A DNA stretch of 64,000 nt from Atractiella rhizophila (Eukaryota). Each line of letters starts with the position of its first letter. Positions within the stretch are counted from its first letter, which is position 1. This document shows positions 41,031-52,000 of the stretch, piece after piece. Location: assembly GCA_021432655.1 (NCBI GenBank), contig MU271278.1, forward strand, positions 1-64,000. The letters run 5' to 3'. A program made the position numbers and the translations under genes. Under the pieces are notes generated by a model. The model had not been told where the DNA came from, searched no databases, and saw only the letters and a list, made by a program, of their open reading frames with translations.

Positions 41031-41642
41031 GACGTCGTGGCTGCTGTTGGAAGGTCGTCAGTACGCGTTGATAGTGCGATTGTTCGGGAAGCCTTCAACT
41101 TAGGAGCGACCAGAAATACGCATGCAGAAAAGAAGGGTGGGCAATATTCGACTAAGAATGGAGGGCTAAATCGCCGTGCAGCGAAAGGGACTCTACACAA
41201 ATGCTGTGAGCCCACGGGCATACATGACCGAAGCAAGACAAAATGTCTTTCTTTCTATGAGGGCAAGCAGCATTTCCTGATCAGATAGGACCACGCTGTG
41301 TAATTTCTGCAATATTGGGAGTTTATCGAGCTTGATCCTAGCCTCAACTGCAAAAGAGGTCGAGCAACTAGATAGATAGATGGACTACCTCGAAAGTGGA
41401 CAATGACACGACCCATCGATCACGATCGAGGAAAACAACTCACTTCCTTCGATTGTGCAAGCCAGGCGCAAGCCCCAAATCCTATTTGCTTGTGGTACTA
41501 GGCTGACACTGTCTGCTGTCTGCTGTCTAGACGAATACGAATACACAACACCTGAAGGAATACCTTCACGGTTGCCCCAACGCGAGATTTGCCCTCGGGG
41601 GGTTGGAAATCAACTTGCTCTCAGATGATTTGTTTAAGATCC
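40381..41642. repeat. Segmental duplication, copy 1 (paladin-like exon 1 plus upstream region)
   Basis: Aligns by eye with 47246-48514 in the same orientation; very similar in the exon and more diverged upstream. Confidence 0.92.
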
Positions 41643-42187
41643 TGTTTTAAGAGGTACAGTGAGCTGATACGTATATTAGTTGATATATTGCTTGTCATCT
41701 GCATCTGGTGCCCGAAAATCAAAGTAAGCATGTACAGAAACAGTACGTCGTTTCCATGAGGCCACATACGATTAGGAAGGGGCAGCTTAGAAGCTCTTGT
41801 AGACAGAGAAAGAGATATTCGTACTCGTTTTTGGTAAACAAAAAACAAAGGGATCACGTGTCCAATTCTTTTTTGCGCTTTCCCCCCGTTAAATAAGCTT
41901 GCGCTATACAGTTCGAAAGGCGTCGTATTCCGATGGTATACCTACATTCTATGGGGACTATTGCTGGTGTTACTATTGCTAGTGTTATCGAGGCTCGAAA
42001 GTACATGTATGAGTCATGATGAGGATGAGAAGAACATTGCTCATTTTAATGAGATGAATTGATGAGGTTGGGATTTGATCTCGGAGGCATCTGCCAGTGA
42101 TACATTAATATTAATATATTTCACAGATTTTGTTGAAATTTACAACGTTCAAAACGAAGATTTACCCTACAGTATTGTTCTGCTGAA

Positions 42188-43310
42188 TTAATTCACACAG
42201 CCAGCCATTCCCCTGCTCACAAGCTCACGAGACACAGCCTCGTCTGTTGTCATTCCAACAAATCTTGTTCCTTTTGCTTTCACTTCTGGCTTCTCTTGAT
42301 AGTCAAATTCCGGCAAAGTCCAAGTTGGGGCAGGAAATTGGGAGGGGAATAAATCTGGAGGATCGCGATTTGTAGCTGTGGTGCTCGGAAATAAAGTAAA
42401 ACTAGGTGCTGGTGCAGGATATAGCCAGACTCCCGGCAGCGGAAGGATGTGTGGTCGATTAAATTCTAGGATCCGCCGTTGGCCAGGCAAAGCAGACCAC
42501 AACCGCTTCAGATAAGCAGCTAGTGGCACGTTGACCTATTTCTGCTTCAGCTTGCTTCAAGAACATGCCAAAAGGAACTGACATATGCTGCAGCCGTTGC
42601 ACTGTTGAAGCGGCCGTTCAGCCGGTCACTTTCAACCCAAATTGTAATTGTTAAAGAGACATATAACTTGAGTCGTGGGAAAGGGTCGTTTCCTGGAGGC
42701 GTTGCAGAGGCGGTATAACACCATTGGCGATCGCGGACTCGAGGGACACATTCTAGCTCTGGAGAGTATCTACTGAAATATGCATCATAGTATTGGCCGC
42801 TAGCATCGAACAACCCGTAAAAGCGGGAATAGGGTAACCTGCCAGGATCTCCATGCCCCTTCGAGATGGAATCCTCGCGAAATCGAAAGTGGCCTTCCTC
42901 AATAAGGATGAAATATGTTAGGAGGTTGAGGTTAGGCAGAAAGCCCACAACCCCATCCTCGAACGGTCTCTTGAATCTTGATGGAAATAAGTTATGATAT
43001 CCACCTTCCTGGAAATCTGTCGGCAACAAGCTGAGTTCGCTCAACGTCTTTTGCTGTCCAGCCACATTGCGTTATGACTATTATACCATTGGAGGAAAAA
43101 CACAACATGCCAGGAACTCATTTCTCGTCTCCAGGTTGTGACACCATACAGTGAGGACTTCCTGGGTGAAAACGCAGCGCTTTCCATCATAGCGCTCCAT
43201 CATCCAGTCGAGGTGGTCTTGTCGAACTTGGCTGCTAACGGTCGATTGGGACGCTACCGTGAGCAAGGCTGAGGGGGTGAGTGCAGGTCTTCTGGTGGCA
43301 TCTGAGGCAC
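42188..43310 (-). CDS. Fungal HNH endonuclease-like (HNH_2-type) gene or pseudogene; 5' end unclear
   Basis: YDGKRCVFTQ...WCHNL followed by HNLFP...FEDGVVGFLP resembles the RDxxCxxT...AHI...NxxxL...FDxGxxxFxP pattern; spliced structure. Confidence 0.5.
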
Positions 43311-43452
43311 AACACTTGCTACATTAGACATCTCAGATAACGCTAAATAAGGGAGAAGGAAGATTGTGCCAAAGTCAATGACACTTGTTTTCGCGGGAGG
43401 TTTCCAGCTCGGTTCCGACGTGACTTTGTCCAAATCAATCTCACTCCCATCG

Positions 43453-43648
43453 ACATCTGCATCTCTCAACAAAAGTGGCGTTCTTCTCACTCCGAACGCT
43501 TTCATCCTGTACTTTTACCTCTCCCTTTGCAATTCTTACGCGCACCTTCAACATCTGCATCTCTCAACAAAAGTGGCGTTCTTCTCACTCCGAACGCTTT
43601 CATCCTGTACTTTTACCTCTCCCTTTGCAATTCTTACGCGCACCTTCA
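43453..43648. repeat. Exact 98-bp tandem duplication (2 copies)
   Basis: 43453-43550 and 43551-43648 both read acatctgcatctctcaacaaaagtggcg...cttacgcgcaccttca. Confidence 0.97.
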
Positions 43649-43659
43649 CCAGCACCAGA

Positions 43660-46600
43660 ATGGCCGCCCAACAAAACCCTCTCACCATCTTTCGTACTGC
43701 GATCGCTGGACAACTGTCTAAGATTATCGGCGTCGAAGAAGCAAAAGTGTTTGAAGGTGTAGATATTGGTGGGAAAAGGGGAGATTTCAGCGTTGCTGTG
43801 CCTAGGTTTCGGTTGAAGGAGAAACCTGATGAAATAGCGAAGAGGGTAGTGGAGCAGGTGCGTTGCTTCAGTTAGGGACACGAACAGGGATGGTTATTTC
43901 TGCGAATTTGCGGAGACCTTAGAGGATTCTTCCACTGCAATTGGTTGCAATGGACACTCCAATGTTGGGAACGTATCACCTAACGGCACGGCGCATCCGC
44001 GAGAGGTCTGATGTGATTTCTGTCCACAGATCTATAAATGAAAAAATAATAAACTGACTGATGGTCAGGAGATGTCACAATATGGGGCAGCTCCAAACGC
44101 TCGATGTAGTAATCCACGATTATTTCAGCGCAAAAACCAGAATTTTAGATTGCTGCGTCTGAGTTCAGATACATTTGGACTTTACAATCCATGTATTAGA
44201 CGCATTTGATTTATGGACTACTAAAAGCAAGTTTGCTATGTTTCTTGACTCCATGTCATTCGATGGCAGCCTGATGAAGACATTTTATCTATCTTCACTT
44301 TCATAAACTCTTTGTGCCCCTATTGGCAAGCGATAGGGGAGTTCCTTGTCACCTCATAAATTCCATATCAATAAGAGAATGCCAAGTACCGGAGTTTGTA
44401 TACACTGGTCAAATACAGATAAATTTAAACGGTCCTGTAACCTGATTTGCCCTTATGTCTGGCTAGAAAGAAGCGGCGCAGGATGCAGAATCCACCTTGT
44501 CTGCTTTCATTCAACATATAGGGAAAGCTCCATGGAGCGTCACCCTGATCTCCCAGCTATTCCTTCGTTAACGTTCCAAACGTGACCAAGTTAATCTTCC
44601 TTCAAATTGCCGATGATTGAATATTCTTACAGCTAAATACATAATCTGAATGAATCTCGAGTAATATGTGGAATGCTGAGAAATTGCTGCAGTGGCAACC
44701 AAACCAGCACGTCGCTTCAGTAACCAACGAAGGCGTCTTTCTACATTTTCACCTAAATACGAGCGTCATGACCCGGATAGTTCTGAACCAGATCAACGAC
44801 TCAACCATACCAAGCAAGGGCCTCCTGCCCTATGGCTGGAACAAGTCGAATGAAGGCAAGAAGGCCATTATCGAATTCAGCTCGCCTAACATTGCAAAAC
44901 CGTTCCATGCTGGTCACCTGAGGAGTACCATCATGTAGGCTTCTTGAATGAGCGCTACGGTATACTAAATCCTTCTTCAGTGGGGCTTACCTCTCGAATT
45001 TCTATGAGGCAAATGGCTGGAACGTGATGCGTATGAACTACCTGGGTGATTGGGGTCAGTTGTTATTCCTTTGTCCAAGCCTCCGGAATGCTAAGCAGTT
45101 GTGCCTCAGTCAGGCAAACAATTTGGTCTTCTTGCTGTAGGATTCAATATGGAAGAGCCAGCAGCTCGTGAACAAAAGCTCGCGGAAGATCCCATTCGCT
45201 ACCTTTACAATGTCTACAAGGACATTTGGGCAGCTGCTGAGAAAGATCCAAGCTTGCACGATCGTGCGAGGGAATTCTTCAAGAAGATGGAGGATGGTTT
45301 GTCTCGACTTCATGGCGTTGGCTTTTCTAACGCTGGAGGTACAGGCGACCCGGAAGCAATTGCACTGTGGACCAAGTTCCGTGACCTTTCGATTGAGAAG
45401 TACAAAGCAACCTACGCGCGCCTTAACGTCCACTTTGATGTTTACTCTGGAGAATCTCAGGTTTCCAAAGAACAAATGAACGAAGCTTTGGACATTCTGA
45501 TAGAACACAACGTCGTCTCTGAGGATTTTGGGAGCCTGAAGAAGCAAAATGAAGAAGTAGATGACAAGGCTGGACCGCCCGATGAAGACGAGCATGCGAC
45601 TGAGGTGAAGAAGGAAACCACCAACCCTGCGCCTTCCTCCGTTGCTGGAGAGACAGAAAAGATGACAGACGCCCAAAAGGAGGCGGCGAAAGGAGATGCG
45701 AAGGAACAGGTATCGAAGAAGCAGGCTAAAAAAGCTGATAAGGCAAAGAAGAAGGAGATGACGGAGGAGGAAAAAGGTGCGTTTTTGCCACGTACCCATT
45801 TCTGTGCTTACTAAATTGCCATTATGATCAGCGGAGAAAAAGGCCAAGGAAGCTGAAGCCAAACGACAGCTCGAAGTTGAAATAGCTGAACGAAAAGCTC
45901 GAGGAGAAAAGCCGGCGCTGGTCATCGATCTCGAGAAATACAGGTTAGGGAAGACTATCGTTAGGAAGAGCGATGGGACGACTTTGTACATTACGAGGGA
46001 CATCGGTGGAGCGATTCAGCGATGGAACAAATACAAGTTCGACAAGATGATCTACGTCATTGGAGCGACACAAGAACAGTGTGTCTGCTTATACCTCACT
46101 TCATCGAAGTATTGACAACGTGCCTTAGACACACTGCACAATTTTTCAAAGCTCTCGAACTCATGGGATTTGAGTGGGCAAACAGGATGCAACATATCAA
46201 CTTCGGTCAGCCGTGCCTACTTCCACGTGAAATTGGCGCTGACGATGTGTCCAGGGAGCATATTGGGAATGTCAACTCGCAAAGGGACAGCCAAGTTTCT
46301 TGAAGACATCATGAATCACGCAAAGGAGGTCATGCACACGCAGATGAAAGAGAATGCAGAGAAGTATGCCCAAATCGAAGATCCCGAACGGACGAGCGAC
46401 ATCATAGGAATGACTGGTGTTAAAGTCCAGGACATGACTGCAAAAAGGTGTCTATTTCCCTCTTTCCACTGCCATTAGCATTGACAGTGGTTAGAATTAA
46501 CAATTACAAATATACGGAAGAGCGTATGTTTTCGTTTGAGGGAGACTTCGGTCAGTTGCACTCCAGCCGACTGTCCATTAGGTTCACAATACCGTCACAG

Positions 46601-47033
46601 GACCGTTCCTTCAATACCAGCATGTTCGCATGTGTTCTGTCGAACGTAAAGCAGCTCCAGAGATTGTTCTCCCTCCGCCGGAGGACATCTCCACTTCCAT
46701 CAACACTGATCTTTTGACTGAGCCCGCCGCTCGCAATGTCGTCTTCCTCCTCTCACACTACCCAGAAGTTGTCATCAACGCATATGAGGAAGCCCAAGCG
46801 AGCACACTTACCACCTACCTCTTCAAACTCACTCGCGGTGCGTTAAATTCTAGCCTGAAATGATGTCTACTTACACAAGATATGCAGCCATCAGCAGCGC
46901 ATGGGAGACGCTCATCGTCAAGGGTGCAGATCCAGAAACGGCCAAAGCCAGGCTTTTCCTTTACGTTTGCGCGAGGACGGTACTGAGTAATGGGATGAAA
47001 CTCCTGACTCTAGAACCACTAGATAGAATGTAA
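43660..47033 (+). CDS. RARS: Arginyl-tRNA synthetase (class I), multi-exon; possible GUG-initiated extension from 43573
   Basis: [33 protein letters not shown] (HIGH), [41 protein letters not shown], ending LEPLDRM-stop at 47031-47033. Confidence 0.97.
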
Positions 47034-47143
47034 TTGCAATTGGGGTGAATTGTACAAAGGTACTGCTACTGCTTGCTAAACATGTGTTCATTCAGTTACA
47101 AGCAATCATGAAAGAGAAATCAAGGGGAGGTCTACAGTAGAAT

Positions 47144-47248
47144 TCAGAGAAACATTATGCCTTTACAATTCGGAGCACCACAATAACATCTGGCGATCTT
47201 GCTCGAACCATGACCACCCTCATGATTTTCGACGCCGTCTTGCTCATT
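47144..47248 (-). pseudogene. Orphan 3' fragment of a SET-domain histone methyltransferase gene (post-SET motif)
   Basis: Reads NEQDGVENHEGGHGSSKIARCYCGAPNCKGIMFL-stop. CxCxxxxCxG directly before the stop is the post-SET signature. Confidence 0.7.
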
Positions 47249-47885
47249 TTGTGTGACAAAGAGACGTACCTGTTCTCGATGGCTTCCAATACTTCTTCTC
47301 TATCACTAACCTCCATATTTCGCTTCCAATTCTCGGAATCCCTCAATACGAATGGTCTAATACCAATATAAACCACCGGCTCGTCCCTAGTACAATACCA
47401 AATCGCTTCAGTTTTCTTCAATCCTTCATATTCCCTTTCGACGGCCCAGCACCCAGGCTAGTCAAAATGCTTTTGAGGCCAATAACCGTCGGCTGCGCGC
47501 TCCTATAAATCCCGAGGCTTTGTTCAGGCTCAGCAGCGCGAAAGTTGGGGGCGCCACGGATGAGTAAAGGGAGGAAAGTGGCACGACCGGAAGCCCAGAA
47601 ATCAGTCTTGACGATCATTCCTCGAGAGAGCACGCTGCCATTTCGAACGCGCACGACGTCTGGAGCAGAGCGTTGAAGGCGAGACAGGGAGGTAGGAAAG
47701 CGAATGGCCGGATAGGTAGAAGGTGGTGGGAGAGGGGAAGTGGAAGATTGTTGGATGGGTTGAGGCGTCAATGTGCGACGTGCTTCCATGGTAGGTGACG
47801 GAATGATGGAGAGATGAGGGTTCGAGTGCGAGGCAGCAGGATTGATGGATGGTGGCGGTCGAAGAGCGTGAGAAGATGGCGCCAT
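47246..47885 (-). pseudogene. Truncated, frameshifted copy of paladin-like gene exon 1
   Basis: Nearly identical protein to the 41030 start. A 10-nt deletion near 47428 gives a stop at 47418; homology ends inside intron 1. Confidence 0.9.
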
Positions 47886-48514
47886 GACGTCGTGGCTGCT
47901 GCTGTAAGGTAGTCAGTAGGCGTTGATAGTGCGATTGGTCGGGAAGCCTTCAACTTCAGAGCGGCGAGAAATACGCGCACAAAACATAAGGCTGTAAAGG
48001 TACACGACTAGTGATGAATCCAAAATCGTCGTGCAGTAAAAGGGGCTCGAAACAAGTGCTCTGAGCCCACGGGCATACACATGACCGAAGCAGGGCAAAT
48101 GTCTTTCTTTGCATGAGGGCAAGGCAGCATTTCCTGATCAGACAGGACCACACTGTGTAACCTCTGCAATATTGAGACTTTATCAAGCTTGATCCTAGCT
48201 TCCCCCCAGCTACAGAAGACGTCGAGCAGCTAGATAGCTCGATGGACTACCTCGAAAGTGTACAATGACACGACCCATCAATCACGATCGAGGAAACCGA
48301 CACACTTTCTTCGATTGTGCAAGCCAGGCGCAAGCACTAAATCCTATTTACTTGATGTACTAGGCTGACGCTGTCTGCTGTCTAGCCAAATACACAACAC
48401 CTGGAGGAATACCCTGAGGAATACCTTCACGGTTGCCCCATAACGAGATTTGCCCTGGGGGGGGGTTGGAAATCAAGCTGCTTTTCAGGTCTGAGGTGAT
48501 TATGTTTGAGATCT
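47246..48514. repeat. Segmental duplication, copy 2
   Basis: Direct-orientation match to 40381-41642. Confidence 0.92.
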
Positions 48515-49063
48515 ATTATAAGAGGGCTGTTACGACAAGCTGAACTTCGTAAACGGTACCATCAAAGGTGTGTACTTCAACTGCGTTTGTATGGTACTCG
48601 AGCAAGAATCACATTGCTGCCAGGCTGACAGCCTTCGCCAAGGCTTGGTGAGTCTGTTACACGGCGAGATTAGTGGCATCGCCATAAAGTGACGCTATTG
48701 AAGCCAAAATTGGAGCATCGAACCTTGGCAATAAAGTTGAGGAAGGAATGAGGAACGCTATCGCGTACCATCCAGTTTTTACGACTGTCATTCTTCCTTC
48801 AACTTATATGACGTATGATCAGTGTTGCCTTGAGCTGAGTTTGTTCTACGCTTGTGACCACTTTCTCCTACAAGCTTTCCTCCGAGTATGGTTAGAATCA
48901 GGCTTCTTCTCCAAGAATGGGCTTTAGTCATTCCATGCGGCATTGGTTTTCAACACAGCTGCACCTGTTACGATGGAGCGTTGCATGCTGCATTCGTACC
49001 TTGCGATGCTAAAGGGGATATTGCATTGACCTTCATCTTTGTTAGAACGGACAAGCGTGGATA

Positions 49064-52000
49064 ATGAATAACCTTTCCCGGGGCATCTGCTGCCTCCGCC
49101 ATTCCACGTCTTACGACGCTGACGGCAAGGTTGCAAAACTCGCTGATTCATTTCGGAACGAATCAAATGGGAGTCCACTGAAGGTACACCCACTACAACC
49201 TGCGTACCCCCGCGTAACGCTACCAAGTGTTCCTTCATCGAATCAACCGATCTCTCCGCCGTCCACGTCGCATTCCGAGTCCATCAGAAATAGGTCGATC
49301 CACCCCGACTTGCAGATACGGCTGGCGGACATCAAGAAGGTTAATACCAAAGGTCTACGAATCCTCTCGATCGATAATGGAGGCGTCTCTGCATTCTCTT
49401 GCCTTTACATGCTTGACGCTATAATGGAGCAAGTAGCCGATCTTCTTCCTGGGAAGCCAGACTCCCGAACCCTTCGACCATGCCAATTCTTCGACCTCAT
49501 CTGCGGCACTTCGACCGGAGGATGGATTGCTTTGATGCTTGGAAGGCTGGGGATGACTGTCCGAGAGTGTATGCGGGCTTTCAACGAGATCGTAAAGGAG
49601 GTCTTCTCCGAGGAGACGCTTCGTACAGAGGGCTCAGCCGCTTATTCTGACAACGCCCTTGAACGTGTTTTCGAGAGGATCGTCAGAGATTACACCAAGC
49701 AGTCCGAAAGTTCGATGTCCACCGCCTTGGCCGACGTGAGCCTTCCAATGCTCGATCCTAACTTCGAACAGCGATGTAGAGCTTTTGTTGTTGCGACTTA
49801 CCGAGCCAACTCAGTAGTTCCTCTAGAGATGCGCACTTACCCTCTTCCCTCTGGTGGCGGATCTACCAAGTGCTCCATAGTAGAAGCTGCAAGAGCGACA
49901 TCCGCTGAACCGACGTTCTTTCCCCCCATCACTCTCGACAAGACAGAGTATGTACTGATTGGCAACAACAACCCATCCTCTTTCGCTGCTACAGAGGCAA
50001 AGAGGATCTGGGGCGTTGGCATTGAAATTGTTTGTTTCCTCTCCTTGGGTGTTGGTATTCGGTCCGCAGTGAAACTTGGGTCAACTTCGAACGAAATTGA
50101 GGATGCCTTCAAAAAAGTCGTGGAAGACTGCTCTCGTGTCGACAAAACAATGAAGGATGAAATGCGAATGCGTGGGATTGGCCACTGCTACCATCGATTC
50201 AATGTCGACACGCTGGGTGGTGTCGAATGGGACGAGTTCGGGAAGATGAAGGAAGTTGTGGGACAGACAAAAGCTCATTTGGAGGGACTGCGTTATGAAA
50301 TGAAGGTCGTGGCAGAATCTGTAACCCTCGGTACGCTTTGGTCTGCCTCTATCCCTGGACTAATGACACGTCCGTCAGCTCATCCTAAGCGAGTGGCGGT
50401 TCATGAGAAAGAGTCTCTTCCGCCACGAGGGCTTTGCTACGGGCGAACCAAGGAGATTGAAGATGTGCGGACGGCCATTCTAAGCGGTCAGCACGTAGCG
50501 ATCATAGGATTAGCCGGAAATGGAAAATCGACGGTCGCACTCGCTGCTTTACATGACGAGCTGGTGAAAGCTGCTTTCATAATTCGACAGGGCGATTTTT
50601 TAGTCGAGCGACGCTTTTGGGTCCGGTGTGACGCCTTCACTTCCTTCGCTGCTCTCTCGAGCCATCTGTGTTCCCGTGTGTTCACTCTATCTCGCCAGTT
50701 GGATACCACAGATTTGACGGCCGTCGCTGATTTTTTTCGAAGCAATAAATGTCTGCTTATCCTGGACAATTTTGAGACACCTGCACATTCGGATTCGAAA
50801 AGGATGCAACAGTTCTTTCAGGCCTTTGTCGCGGAACCTGGAGTAGGTTCTATTCTCGTCCTTGCCATGCGCGGGCATCATGCGCCACGTATCGACGTGA
50901 ATAGCACTACCTTTGTGCAAGTTAGCATTGGCACACTGAAAGAGGATAAGGAAGCAGCAACCAATACCTTTTGTCACTTCTATGAGAATGGCCGTGACCC
51001 ACAACATGTGGCAGTCACGCAAGACATTTTATCGTGCTTGGATTACCATCCACTGTCGATCCGCCTTTTTGCTCTGAGAGCGCGTCACGATCCTTTCTCG
51101 AGTGCAGCAGTCCTTCTAGAAAAGTGGCAGCACCAAGCCAGCGCAGTTCTGTCACAAAATGCGGATGGCAGAGACGGCACTCCCACTCTAGAGATATCAC
51201 TTGGGTTTTCTCTCATGTCTCCCGTTCTCCAAGAACGGCCAGGCAGTTCCCTCGCCCTGTCATTTCTGTCCTGGTCTCCAGATGGTCTCCTGCTCCTTGA
51301 CTTGGAAGGCTTACTTAATGGGGATTACCGGCCACTAGTCGCCATTCTGGATGTTGGTCTTGCGGACGAGGTTCCTGGGCTGAAGAGACGCTTGCGTATG
51401 CTCGCACCAGTTCGAAAATATGTGAACGAACTCGTTCTGAGGCAAATCGACCCGTTCCATTTGCCAGTTGTGGATTCTCTTCAGCCTCTTGCCAATTGCC
51501 TTTTGATCAAAGCACAAGAAAGAATCGACAAATTTGATGAGGCGAAGAAGCAAGATGCCTTAATAGAGTTCAGAGATGAATATGTGAACCTTCAACAAGT
51601 CATTTTTGACAGTCTACTGCACCTTCCAGAAATGAACAAAAGCATTGAAGAATTCATGTTGAAAAACGCAAACATTCTCCATTGCAAGAGGTTTGATACG
51701 ACACAATTGCTCCGGAGAATGCTATTGAGAATGGAGCTGCCCATCCAAGTGATGAGTCACTTGCAGTTCTACCTTGGAGAGGAGCTTTATTTTCGAGGTT
51801 ATACTGACGAAGCCTTAACAGAGCTGCGTAACTCTATTAAGAACAGTATAACCATTGGAAACCGAGCAGATTGTGTCCAATCCATAGGAAAGATTGATTT
51901 TCGATGCGGAAGGAATGAGGAAGCACTGGAGCGATTCAAGGAGGCAGAGGAGCTGTACATCGCAACGGGAGATCCACAGGGGAGAGCAAACTGCGTCCAA

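Noticed and set aside
44000..44660. C/D-box snoRNA in the ArgRS intron
   Set aside because: Scattered TGATGA/CTGA-like words, but no clear box pair, terminal stem or rRNA-complementary guide seen.
45110..46003. 297-aa hydrophobic minus-strand ORF
   Set aside because: Antisense shadow of the Lys/Glu-rich ArgRS exons.
48520..49400. Amyloid signalling motif or adjacent HeLo/gasdermin effector for the NLR
   Set aside because: No Asn/Gln/Gly pseudo-repeat motif or neighbouring effector ORF recognised.
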